Assembly (NCBI GenBank): GCA_964035545.1
Contig: OZ037771.1
Coordinates: forward strand, 12,032,480-12,096,479
Source: Bugula neritina
Taxonomy: Eukaryota; Animalia; Bryozoa
Reading direction: 5' to 3'
DNA: 64,000 nucleotides
The notes beneath the pieces are model-generated. The model had not been told where the DNA came from and searched no databases. It saw only the letters and a program-made list of their open reading frames with translations. The position numbers and the translations under genes were made by a program. Shown here piece after piece: positions 37,141 to 50,019 of this stretch; position 1 is the stretch's first letter, and each line of letters opens with the position of its first letter.

Positions 37141-38055
37141 GCCGTTTGCAAAGCTACAAGATAATTGGCCAGCAAAATTTAATAAGCCCACAATCCAAGT
37201 AAGGCTTGCCAACACTACGAAATATGGTAGGTTTTCGGTATATTAAATAAATCTATTGATCCACTTATTTATCCTGAGGCTACAAAACCATTAAAATTGC
37301 AAAGCGTGGAAAGACAACTCTGAACAGTTTAATCAGCTGAAGTTTCAAACTAAATCGTAGCTTTTGTTATTTCATGCAAGTACACGTTGAGCAATTATTT
37401 GTTTATGTTGATATATTGTCCTTCTTTATTTTAGTACGACATAGCTACTAACTTGTTAATTCGTGTATTAACCATTAGTTTTCAATTTTAATTTGAAATT
37501 CTTGCTTGCTATAAACCTCATAGCCTTACATAACTATATACTATCTGCTTAAAACGGGTATAAAAATTATTATATATGGAACATGTATTAAGGTTTTATA
37601 TTTCAAACATTTTGTAACAACAGTGATTAAGTTCTAATTTCCTATTTTGTTTGAAACTCATTAGGCTTAATATCCTACGCACACAATCGAATATATTTAC
37701 ACATTCTTCAGTTACATTGAAGCGCAAGTTCTCCGGTGCAAGAAGCATGGAATTAAGGAGTTATATTAGTGCACACCAACATTAACACTCTTTGGAAGAA
37801 AATATTGCAACTTCTCAACAAAAGATAATTTTAAAAAGCAAAAACATGTCTCTTGTGAATTAATGATAAATGTTGTATGATAAAAAATAGCATACTATGC
37901 TATATTATTATAGCATTTACATGCGTATATTATATGCATGTACAGATTGTGTTGATCTTAATAAAAATATTATTTACGCTTGAAATATTTAGTAACAATG
38001 TATAATATTCAAAATCAATGTATACATACTAAAATATAGCATTATTACTTGTAAG

Positions 38056-38083
38056 TAAGATGCATCACATGTGATGCATCTTA
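38056..38083. repeat. Perfect 28-bp palindrome TAAGATGCATCACA|TGTGATGCATCTTA
   Basis: Checked base by base. Confidence 0.9.
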
Positions 38084-38795
38084 TATTATCAGCATAAGCA
38101 ATATAGCAAATAACATTGGCATAAATTTCTTTATTGGAGCGTATAACCATGCAGATAAGTAACACAAGTTGGGAGTATATGAGTTACAATACTTAGATGT
38201 AATAATTAGGCAGAGTGGGTGACTGGTAGGCACCAGGTCATGAGTTTTAAGTTATTCCTGTACAAGTTATTTTATCTCTTCAAATGAATTTTTAATTCTA
38301 AAAGGGTAGATTTTGCTAGTGCAAATGATTATCACAAATAATTAATTACAAATATATCAATGATTAATGATTGATTGATTTATTACATATCACAGACATG
38401 AAAACCCGATGTGAAATTCAGTGTAAATACTGGCTATAATAAATAGACATGAACAAAATTGGAAAAAAAATCAGAACTCTGTTGGATCATTCAAAGTATT
38501 TACAAGTTTATACTTTATATAACAAGACACTGTATAACTATAGCTAAGTTCACAATTAACACGCTTTATCAGTAGACTTCCCATATGAAAAGTATAAAAA
38601 ACTATATAAGATTTTAAAATAAGGCAAATGTATAGAATAAATAAATGTATCAATACAACACCACAAGCTCATTAGCTTATATAAAATATATGACTACTGG
38701 CACGAAGTGGATTTTAATAATCAACTGGAATAAATTTCAGTCATTATCAAATTCTACTGTAAACGAAAATCATCTGCAACTGTATGAGTCATACT

Positions 38796-41700
38796 TTATT
38801 TTGAGAAAAGACTGAGTTGAAGAAGTGGAGTAACTTTAACTGTTGTGATGTCAGCAAGCACCGCCTACAATTATCCAGCATAGGAAATTAGATGATGAAT
38901 TTTATTAAAGGGTCTAGGCTAGCACCAGCTCTTAGACAGTATAAAAGGTTGAAAGCTTCAAACAGAAACATCCTAAGTCAGGATGTAACAGCAATTCAAA
39001 GTAAAATCTGCTGTAGAATGAAGAACAAATCTGACCACTCAACATCTCACAAGCTGTGGCAATAATAAGATAATTTAGTTGCATGTTCTATTTTAACATA
39101 ATGCCGAATTCACAATTTAATAAATATTCCGGACTTTATGATAATACATCCATATTTAAGAATGAAGCAAATTCAAACAAAAGAAAAATTCAGGCATATA
39201 CAACAAAATCTACTAGTGAAATAATTAATGCTTTAATAAAAATTGCAACTAAAACTCATAAACGAGTAAAAAGCTTATAATATTGCAATTCTTCCATTAG
39301 TACAGCTAATTAAAAAGTTCTAGAATAACTTATTGGACTAGATAAAACTTACTTCAGCCTGACTCTGAGTCTTGACTTGCATCAGATTGAGTTTACGGAA
39401 TGAGAATATGGCCACTGCCAACACTACAAGCATGATAGAAAAACATGTGTATCACTTTAAGATGTATGTATATATAAATTGAAGGTAGAGTTAAGATGTT
39501 GAAAGTTTAATTAGAATATAAAATTATCTTAAACTAATTATCTGAGAAAATTATTCCCAAGCAGTTGTAGCCGCTAGCAGAATAATCAAATTATTTAAAT
39601 CATTTGATTTGATAACACTCAATAGCTGTGATGACTGCATGAAAATACAGTTTGAGAATTAACACTTTGATTATACAAGATAAGACTGATACATGAAAAA
39701 TGCTCAATTTCTCCAAATACTTGATTGGCTCCCCAAAGTTGTTACTAATAATATAGGAATGGTTGTTTAAGAGAAAAATTGATAACGTATCAGAATACTC
39801 CACCAATTTGTTAAGAAAAAGAAGAGAAGACAAATCATTTTGATTGGCTGAAACCGCTGAGAAGCCCCAATGACTCACCAGGCAGTATCTCTAAGGAATC
39901 ATAAGCGAGTATTTTGTCCCAAAGCAGTAAGCACTCTTTGATAGACAAATAGCCCGAGAAAGCTCGCATCAGCCATTTGAACACAATTTTCAGCCTACAA
40001 GTAGAATATTCAGCTTTACAGCGGTTTATATTGTTGGAATTTGTCTGGCAAAATTCAAGAATTAGTTATTTGAGTGTGTGCAAGTGTAGAGCGTGCAACA
40101 CGCTTTACTAAGTTTGTTCACTTGAAAAACTCATACTTGTTTTGAGTCTCCAATCCTGTGAGAAACCTGAAGACAAAGCTAACTGCAGGGCCTCTCACTA
40201 TGCTGACAACATGAACTAAAGACTTTTAAAGCAGCAAAGGGGAAATTATGATCAAACACCTTTTCAGACATCACCAATGGCCTGCTAGGATTCAAATCCA
40301 TTAGAAGATTAGATCAACGCTCTAACCACTAGACAACCACTTCTCTATGAACTCATTGACTAACTTTTAGGCCAAAATTGTCAATGTCTATTTGATAGAA
40401 CTAAAAAGTAAAAATATTCGCTGGGTATCTTGTAAAGCAATAGAGTTTAGAGAACCTGAAGAATAATAAACCGCTCTCTGCGACTGGAGTTGTATCCCCC
40501 TTGAAGCTATTAACCAAAGTCAGATAGGAGAGTCATAATATATTTGGCACCTTTGGGGAGGTCAACATATGTTTATCAGAGAGCAACACAACACAAAAAG
40601 AACTTAAAACAAAGTTTGAACACACACACGCACGCGCACGCACACACACAGAAGACTGTAGCCATGTGATGTGTGGCAACGGAAAAATGTGATTAAATGT
40701 TTTTCCAGAGATATAATAATGATGGTGTCCACATGTCTTGGTGTATGACCATCACTTTATTCATCTCTGATAGAGCTGTATATCCTTTACTGTAATTCAG
40801 CAACTTATCGCTACAGTCTCGACATGGTACTATGGCGCCATTTAGATAGTAAGTAGAATTGATGCAATTTTAAGTCATAGCCTACAATTTCATTTACACC
40901 AGGCTAACATGTTAGCGTAGGGCCACACGGGGTGTATTTTCGCAGACGAAAATTTGCACAAGTAGAAAAATGTGTCCACTGTACACGAACTTCATGCGTT
41001 GAGAATTTCTGTCGCCGTTATCTAATTGGCTGGTAGTTATTTAGTGAGTCAAATTTTCTTAATTTAGTGCTACAGTCCATTAAATTGCCATTTATTGAAA
41101 GCGAGTGAGATTTAAAAATGAAAATTAAATTTATCTCGCACATGCAGCCATAGAAACAAGGCGAGCAGAAAATTTACTATTAGCCAAGAGTTTTTCGCGT
41201 TCACTGACGAAACGTCATGTGTGGTAGTCACGCCCGCTGCGTATTTCCTCAAATGAGAATTCGCACGCGAAAATACGTCCCGTGTGGCCCTAGGCTTAGA
41301 CAATTTGAACACGTCAGCTGCACCAGATTAAGAAAGTGAACAACTCACGGATGAATATCCATGGATTTCAGGTGAAAGAATAACTGAGACTCCTGAGTTT
41401 GAAGAAGAGATTCGAATGTTGTGGCCAGTCCCAGAATGCTCTGCAAAGGAAATCATTTACTCTCTATTAACATACATGTACACAACATACAATGTTAATA
41501 GAAAAAATTATGTCTACAATTAATAACTGAGAACTATAGTGATCAAATGGAGTATATTAGCTTTGTGTTTTCAGGAAGAATGACTCATACATAGTATTTT
41601 ATAATTAAACTTTTAGCATTTTTATAATTTCAATGATAGGAAAGATTTAGCTGTATTTATAACTAGAATTCAATTAGAGTGAATATAACAATAAGCATTA

Positions 41701-44700
41701 ATAAAATATAAAATAAAAGAATATTCTTTTCTCAAATTACAGTAGACAATACATTCATTATTACATGTCTATTTGAAACATTTCAACAAGTTATCTAGTT
41801 AAATTTGAAGTTGTTTTCTTTATACCAACAACACAACAAAACATTACTATTTTACGTGTATTACCTGAGTATCAGAAGAGATGATGTGCAGTTTGTGGAA
41901 GTATCTGAGATACAACTGTCTGAACATGAAGTAAAGTACGTGTACATCATCGTATACATAGCATAGGGGGGCAACTGCAAACAAATATCACTTCATATTA
42001 GTTGAGTAAAAGCGGTGTAAACAGTTCATTGCAAACGATCTGAAAGCCTAAGAAATACACTAGATATGACCCTATAAATTGAAAGACTTTTGCTACCTAC
42101 AGTTAATCCATGAAACTTTTAAAACTTCTTGTTTTCCCACGTTATACAATAGCTTTTTTCAGAATTGTTACTTTTAACTTTTCATAATAATTCGCACTAA
42201 AATAGTTTTAATTGCTCATAATCTTTATTATATTATATACAAAATGTTGCTTGAAGTTTGCAGAGAAAAACTCTAAAGGCCTGGCCACACATTCTGGAGA
42301 AATAACACGAAATCGTCTATTTGACACGAAAAAACACAAACGCACGATCAAATTTGAGGGAATTCAAACGAAATCGTGTTTCGTCCGATGAGCGTGTGGC
42401 TGGTGATAACGAGAGGATAACTCACGACAATATTCACACAAATTTTGTACGATTCTTACAAGTGTGTGGCCAGGCCTTAATATTAAACTTGACGAGAACT
42501 TGGAAGAAGACGGAACTTGATGGAACTTGTGAAGAAGACAACTCCTAAAATAGAGATGAGCTCAACATTCACCTAACATTGAGAATCCATAGAATGGGAT
42601 GATTCCATTTGGCGGATAAATCACACTGTACTCGGGTACTCCTAGCTTCCCTCGAATGAATGATTTTGCAGGAGAACTTATGCTAGTTTTAGAAAGCTCT
42701 AGAACATCTGTGTCCCTAGAGAAAGGCAGCAGTACCTACAAAGGTAAATAATTCTACATAATAGCAATGCTTTGAGTACTACAAGAGTATGCTAGAAAAT
42801 TCTATTTAAGTAATGATAGTGTTATTTCAACAGTCTGCATCTGAATAGAGCAAAAAACCAGAATATCTACATTTTGTTGACATCCAGAGCAAGCTAACCA
42901 ACGTATACATGTTCATGCAGTCAGAGCATGGAGCACACACTGCGCAGGCTATTCAACTAGTCTAACTACATAAAAAATACCAGATTAAAGCTTAAAAGTT
43001 ATTCATAGTCTTTAACGACTACGAAATAATTTTATAAATAGGATAATTTATTTATTAAAAGAATATTAATAGATACTTTGAATTGCTTTGATGTGGGAAT
43101 TCCTGTATGCTTATAAATTATCCCCATTTTATCACTATTTTTGAAAAGAAATCAATAAAAAGGGTGAAAAACAACAAGAGTTACTACAACTCACCATGAA
43201 AATGTAATCTTCAAACACAAAATATTGGTCATCATTGGTGGAGGTCAACTTAATATCCTACAAAAATTGAAACAACAACTTTAGGTTTATATGTTATGAA
43301 ATTATATAATGATTATGGCATGCATCAATATGAATATAGCCACTGTGATATACTTGCTAGATGTGAAGAGTGAGAGCAAGTGTTATGTTATATACTGAGA
43401 CCCGCATGTAAGGAAATGATCAGGTACCATTACTACTAGATGACTTGATGCAAGTGAGTATAAAATGAGTGACTGAATATACTGAGTGACTGAGTGTATT
43501 GAGTGACTGAATATACTAACTCACTCAGTATACTGAGTCACTCAGTATACTGAGTGATGAGGTATACGCACTCAATCAGTATACTAACTCACTTAGTATA
43601 CTGAGTGAGTTAGTATACCGTACGACTCATTACAAGTGATGGTACTGATAGTAAAACTATGCTATGCAAGCAGTTCACCTTGTAATATAGAAGGTCTATC
43701 AGCAGGTCATACCTTAGCACTGCTTGCTTCAACTGATCATAGTAGAGTCTATCCTGCAAACCATATACCGTGAGTTTACATATATGTGACCCAGGCAGTC
43801 AGAAAAGCACTTTGTGACAAAATTCACATTTTCAGTTAATGCTTGATTCTTATTTGCCTCTTTATACTGATTGATTTGCAGTTTAAATTTTTGAAATCGG
43901 ACTACTATTATAATAGTAGTCCGATTTCAAAAATTTAAAGTGCAAATCAATCAGTATAAAGAGGCAAATAAGAATCAAGCATTAACTAAAAATCTGAATT
44001 TTGTCACAAAGTGCTTTTCTGACTGCCTGGGTCACATATTTAAACACCTAAACAACCATAGCATTGTGTACATATAAGTTAATTGCAAAAGCCTAAAACT
44101 CCAACTGATTTTTGCCATTAGAATAAATATTTTTGTCGGACACAGTTGGATACAATGATTAATCTGTTGTTCAAGGCAAGGTTAGATCACATAGCCTAAG
44201 CTTATGTTTCCAGTAACACAAAATTAGGGGCTTACCACGTTTGTCACCTCAACTCCTAGTATTGTTTGCCAGAGACTGGCTCGAAGACCAGGGGGACAGC
44301 CTCTCTTACAGTATTCTTGTGACAGCACACTGGACTTATTGGCTAACACTGTAAACATTTACACATGCATACACAGGTATAGGAATATTCATTCATAACA
44401 CAAGCACATTTCTCACTGTACTTTTAATAATGAATTTGAGAGATTGACAATTCAGAATATAATGCCTGCATTCTTAAAAATCATCCTTAAAATGAAACCA
44501 TTACAGGTGGGGGGAATGCACGGGCAGTGATTAGTGAGATAACCAGCTACTATCATATTGCATACAAAGATATATTACAGCAGTTTATCCAATTAGAACA
44601 CAGGCTACCTTTTTTGCCCAGCCTGAACCTTTCATTAGCAAATAATTCTTGAGGGACTTCGACTTCGTCGTCTATGCCAACTTGACACTGATTGATGGAC

Positions 44701-46856
44701 ATCTCATTGTATTGTATCCTCTGAAAGTTTAGAAATGTGTGGGTACATGTTAATACTTACATATTAATCTTGATATTATATAATAAAGTTGATAATTATC
44801 GCTTAACAAAGTCTTCAATATTAAAAACAAAGCTTTTCAGTTGAATGTATAGCAGCTGAAAAACCTAGGGCTCACAATTTCATAGCATATCTAAATAATT
44901 AGCAAACAATAGAAGAAAGTATTTTTCTCGACTACAATGACTAAAACGGCCATGGTGAAAAAACCTACTCTATAAGTTTGCTATAACTGCTTACTACTAA
45001 AAAGCTTAATCTGCTATACAGATGAATAAATTCTAAAGTCTTGAATCAGTGATTGGCTTACCAATTCATTAATAGATTTGATTTGGATGGGTATAGTTAG
45101 GAGGCCCCAATTCTGACTGCAAAAGTAAAAGAAAATTATGACATGACGCAGTAAAGGCAGATAGTGTCACAAACAGGCAGATAAACTAGATTACATGTGT
45201 TGGCCATACTATTATAGAAAACTCTAAATTATAAGATAACAAAAGAAGGCTGTTTTAACCAAAACATCAACGACAAAACTAAAAGTAAACTAGTAAATAA
45301 ATATAGCACAAGATAGAAAATGGCAGGTACAGGGAGCTAGTCATTGAAAGGTGGTGACTCACCTAAGCATTTCCTCGTTTTTACAAGGCATAGATATATT
45401 GATGAGAACTTCAAGAAAATCTTTAGGGCCATAGACGGGTCTAATATTGGACGCCTCTAACAAAAACGATTATAAATTTGACCAAGAGAATTTGGATTTA
45501 GAAAAGCTCAAAGGCCAATAAGACACTATCTTCTCAACAAAACAATAAAAATTAAAACTATGTAAATAGATGCATTGATAGGGGGTCTTTCTTTATAAAT
45601 GACAGAGCCAGAAATAGTAAAAGTGTATTATCATTCGGTAATAGGTTCAAACAACAGTCTAAATACAGAAACTGACTGTGTTAGATATAGTGGGATAGAA
45701 ACTGGTTATCTCTGCAGTGAGGGAGGACCTACCCAACTCCATGGTACCAATCTCTGTCCAGTGATTTGTCAGCTCCAAAGCATCTTTATCTGCTCTCTTC
45801 TTAGCGAGAGGTAGATTCAGTTCAGTGCACATTGTGTTCAAACTTTTAGCAATTCTCCTCTCCCAGTTTTGCTACACAAGATATATCAGAAATCATATTT
45901 AAATGTGACGTCTCATCATGTTGCCTTGTAGATGCATGTTAATCCAGGAGGTTATTGTTTGCATTAGGAAATGCCATACTTGAGCTTTTCTTATAAAAGA
46001 TAGGGGCTCCCGTAGCTCTTCTTCTGATGCTAGCTGACTGTTTTCTTTGCCCTTGACCTTCAGGACTTCCTTGTAAACAGCATTCTCTAGCTGCGTGTTA
46101 CAACCTATCACAGTAAAGATACAGATTTACATTGCCGTTAACAAAACAATCTATCAAGCCCTCCATGCAGATTAGCCATGTAAAACTACATTGAACCTAA
46201 ACAGGTTTGCAACGCTATAGTTTCAACAACTAATTGTTGAAACTCTAGTGTCATCATCATTATGTAAAGCACAGTTCAGTGTTAGCTAGGTACAGTATTG
46301 TACTAACCACTTGCTTTGAGGGCTGTACTAATTCCTTTCTCAATATCTAGTCCCAGTGAGTTGCCCTGAGCAATGTAGTGCTATAAAATATATACAGCCT
46401 TACAAATAGATTATATCAACAGGAAAAATCACGCAATGTTTAAAACAACACCGCTTAACTTATTAAATAAAACTATTATACATGTTACGTGAATAAAGAA
46501 ATGGAAATGTTGTGACACTATTCCAGAGCAACTAATAATATACTAATGCTATTCTATACTAAACAATATTATTTTACATTAACTTACACTTGGCCATGTT
46601 AACCTACACATACACTAACCAATACTACTTTACAAAGACATAACTTACCTGACATCACCCTACATTTTTCTTTATAAACTTACACTAATCAACTCTAACC
46701 TACATTATACTGCATTAACTCACACTATCAACACACACTATAAACATTAAACACACCCTCTACCTGCACAGCTTGCAAGGACTGTGACTCTAGATGGGAC
46801 CCGGCTAATCTCCCCACAACTTGCTCTACAAAACTTGACAGCTGTCTGTCATCCAT
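38796..46856 (-). CDS. TBC1D19: TBC1 domain family member 19
   Basis: complement(join(38796..38864,39353..39423,39879..39994,41349..41440,41865..41974,42573..42735,43195..43257,43679..43753,44236..44348,44609..44720,45062..45116,45363..45456,45733..45871,45980..46104,46308..46380,46764..46856)). 16 GT-AG exons in phase, 520 aa. Motifs match recalled TBC1D19: EPLSFIRKAQQNWERRIAKSLNTMCTELNLPLAKKR, RPVYGPKDFLEVLIN, NDDQYFVFEDY, IRGKLG...YPPNGIIPFYGFSM, FKWLMRAFSGYL and AVLADITTVKVTPLLQ. Confidence 0.95.
40126..40340 (-). mobile_element. tRNA-derived SINE, diverged minus-strand copy
   Basis: The reverse complement has ctagtggttagagcgt...ggatttgaatcc...ggccattggtgatgtctgaaaaggtg...atcataatt...tctcacagga, matching 52549-52756. 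Confidence 0.7.
40920..41290. mobile_element. MITE with ~24-bp TIRs GGGCCACACGGG..TATTTTCGC
   Basis: Inverted termini with 2 mismatches and TA on both sides. Confidence 0.85.
42277..42477. mobile_element. PIF/Harbinger (Tourist-like) MITE
   Basis: TIR AGGCCTGGCCACACA with 3-bp TAA TSD (42274-42276, 42478-42480). Confidence 0.85.
43468..43618. repeat. TATACTGAGTGAC/GTCACTCAGTATA mixed-orientation repeat (quasi-palindromic)
   Basis: Includes the near-perfect 40-bp palindrome gtatactaactcacttagtatactgagtgagttagtatac. Confidence 0.8.
43782..44039. repeat. 258-bp spacerless near-perfect palindrome (foldback element) in TBC1D19 intron 8
   Basis: Arms of 129 bp centred at 43910/43911 with only 3 mismatches (43827, 43833, 43881). 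Termini ATATGTGACC...GGTCACATAT. Confidence 0.97.
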
Positions 46857-47071
46857 TTCCTTTCAAATCAAAATGGCAGCCAATTCCTGAGTGTCATTAA
46901 GTAATTGAACTTTTCATTCTTGAAGAAATTCTGAAAGTAGAGAATAAAAAGTAGAATTTTAAGTATTATTTTATACTTTACATGACTTGTAGAAAAAAGT
47001 TAGAAAGTACATAAATACAACATAATTATTGTAAGATATATGCTTTAAGGCATACAAGTTCAACCGCATGC

Positions 47072-47536
47072 TGAAGTAGTTTTGTGCACTACTATCAGTG
47101 GGGTTTTATTGCATGCTGAATTACTGGCACATAGCCTGACTATGAGGTTTGCAAGAGAGAACCAAAATGGAGTATCGTTTAAGGAATGTCTATATTTGTA
47201 TCTAATTACATAAAAGTAGAGTCATCAACAATTACAAAAGAATACACATAGAAAGCAGCTGTATAATATTGTCCTAATCTACATGGTAGTTATTCTCAGA
47301 CTGAGGCTGGGCACCGGAAGGCGCTGCTTATAACTGGAGAGTTTGCTCTGATTGGCCGGTGGGGATCTGGCAGTGACGACCCTTAAGAATGGTGCGGTGC
47401 CGCATGGAGATGCGGCATTTTGTCATGGAATTATCATCTCTTGGAACTTTTATAGTATAATAGAATATCAACGTCTTTTATTGCAGGTATTAGTAACTTG
47501 GAGGCTTGGGGAGCAATACTTCACACAGCCATTACA
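47072..47536 (-). mobile_element. Solo LTR, family X copy 2
   Basis: 465 bp with TG...CA termini and TSD ATGC (47068-47071, 47537-47540). Shares tttgtgcactacta, gggc.ccggaag, ctctgattgg and gccattaca blocks with 10438-10896. Confidence 0.8.
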
Positions 47537-47999
47537 ATGCTATGTATCTATCTATTTCAAACAAACATATAAACTAAAAATGTTTGTTGATTATTCAATA
47601 GTGAGTCTAATAGTCTAATAGTCAGTCTAATTGTCTAATAGTCCGTCTAATTGTCTAATAGTCAGCTTAGCAGACTAGTACTCGGTGGTTCAAAACATAA
47701 CTAAAGGAATTTTAGAAAAATAATCTTGAAATAAAATTTGGATATTCTCCCTCAGAAAATGGGCTGATTTCTTTAAAGTTTGATTATTGAAATTTCGGGT
47801 TGATTTGAGTAAAACTAACGATTAAGTAGATAAGCCTACTAAGATTAGAATCATAAACTTGAAGATTAGGCTGGGGTAGTCTCATTATTACTATGCCAAT
47901 GAATGTCATAAAATTTCAAAATTCTATCAATTATTTCACAGGTGCTGGTGTACTCAAGTCTGGTGTTTTAGTGAGCTTCTTATTGCTACTATTGCATAA

Positions 48000-48530
48000 T
48001 TATGTTACTATTAGTACCAGTATGAGTATCTGTGATACTCATACTAATACGTACAGAAAAAGTATAGTAGATTACAAGCTCATACTAATACTTACAGAAA
48101 AAGTATAGTAGATTACAAGCTCATACTAATACTTACAGAAAAAGTATAGTATATTACAAGCGTTACTAATATTAGTAATAGTTATACCACAGTCACGACA
48201 AAAAGCACCAGCATCACTATCAGCATCACTGCTTCAGTATGACTATCATTATGATTATCACAATGTCAGCATCAGCATGAGTATCACTTTAAGTACGACT
48301 ATCATTATGATTACCAGCATCAGCATGAGTATCACTTTAAGTATGACTATCAGTACCTATGAGTATGAGTATGGATTTCGCTACCCAAACAGGAAAAAGC
48401 AGAGATAAGTGAGAATAGAATGAGTATGAGTATAAATGTGGTAAAACTAAAAGGTAAATCACTAAATCAAAATGAAAATGTCTAAATCAAAATGAAATTG
48501 AAAACAATCATCATCATGATCATAGTTATG
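48000..48530. repeat. 6-bp-periodic hexamer tract plus 41-bp tandem repeat (48042-48170)
   Basis: ATGAGT/ATCACT/ATGACT runs; 41-bp unit tactaatacttacagaaaaagtatagtagattacaagctca x3. Confidence 0.7.
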
Positions 48531-48584
48531 GTGTCTCATATTTGTAGGTATAACAATGTGTGTAGTTTAAAAACTTTTATACCT

Positions 48585-48740
48585 ACCGTATATAATTACA
48601 TATTGGGCAATCATAGTTGATACAATAAAATTTTTAGTTTTCTACGGTAAGGTCTGCCGCCTACGACAAGATTTTAGCATGGCAACTAATACACAAACTT
48701 AAAAAAATGGCGTTTTTCACTATAGCCTGGGGCCGACAAT
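48585..48740 (-). promoter_or_regulatory. Putative TBC1D19 promoter / first non-coding exon
   Basis: Donor-like CG|GTAGGT near 48586, CpG enrichment, YY1-like AAAATGGCG (~48704), ATGGCAACTAA, and a UTR acceptor at 46931. Inference only. Confidence 0.3.
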
Positions 48741-49079
48741 CATGCTATTTAGTTCTGTGTTGAACAAACAAAAATAGATTTTAGTGAAAGCCGACTAGCG
48801 TGTTTGCTAGAACTTAGGTTATCACAGCTTTCCAAACTAAAACTTCTATTTTACATTTCTCCTCCAAGGATTAATTTATTAGGCATGTCATCCCTTTGCA
48901 GTTTGCAGAGGATGGCCATCACAGTTGTATTTTTTGTCGAAAATAGCAGACCAATGTTTCTTTAACTTTTATTTATCTTTATAGTAATATTTATATTCAA
49001 GCTATTGATAATTATAGTTATACTCAAACTTTTACAAACGGCTATTTTACAAACTGATAACAGTTTGTAAAAGTTACAT

Positions 49080-49380
49080 TTACTCATAGTGATACTGATA
49101 GTCATACTAATACTTAATCTTATAGTTATACTCATACTGTTATAGTTACACTTACTCTTAGTCTTAGTCTTACAGTATCAGTATTAGTATAACTATAACA
49201 GTTATACTATAAGTATGAGTATAACTGTAAGTATAAATTACTATAAGTCTATAAGTATAAGTATAACTATAAGTATAAGTATTCTGTTTTAGAATAATAA
49301 TTATTAATATTATTATTAGCTAATTTTTTATAGTTAGTATTACTTTGCTAGTACTGTTAGTGTTAGTATTAGTGTAGTGT
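49080..49380. repeat. 6-bp-periodic hexamer tract
   Basis: ACTCAT/AGTGAT/ACTGAT runs switching to ATAAGT/ATAACT runs. Confidence 0.65.
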
Positions 49381-50019
49381 ATGGTTTGCACTAAGTTTAA
49401 CTCACTTCAATCTTATTATCCATTAACTTTAAGTTTAAGGCTAATGCTCACACTCTCATTCTCACAACTGTTTTGGTAAATGTAGTTGTTATTTGGATAG
49501 TGATCACATCTAAACTTATAGTGATATATTCAATATCATAAAGGTTGATCTGCAAACTAACTGTGTAGTAATTATTATTAGCATTGGATGAAACCATCTA
49601 ACTCTAATTAGGAGAGCCAACTGTTTAAATTCGCAAATCTGTATTTACCTACTGACTGTTACTGATTCTAAAACATTGAGTAAAACATTCTAGTTATCAT
49701 CAAGTATAATTTGTTTGTTTTTGATAACAAATTGTTGGTGGCTTTGCATAGCATCAAAAGTAGGACTTAACTTGACAAGTGATTGTAACTATTTTAGCTG
49801 AAAAACTGAAAAATATAAAAATTTAAATACATCAAATTCAAAGATATAAAACTCTAAATAAATAATAGGCATAATAATAACTATAATAAACATTATTGGA
49901 AATGTGTATAATACTGATAGTATGTAATATTTAAAATGCGTTATTTGCAGTCATTATTATTTCAGTAAATATTACTCTAGAGTCTAGACTTAGTATGTCA
50001 ATAAAAATGATTTTTAGTA

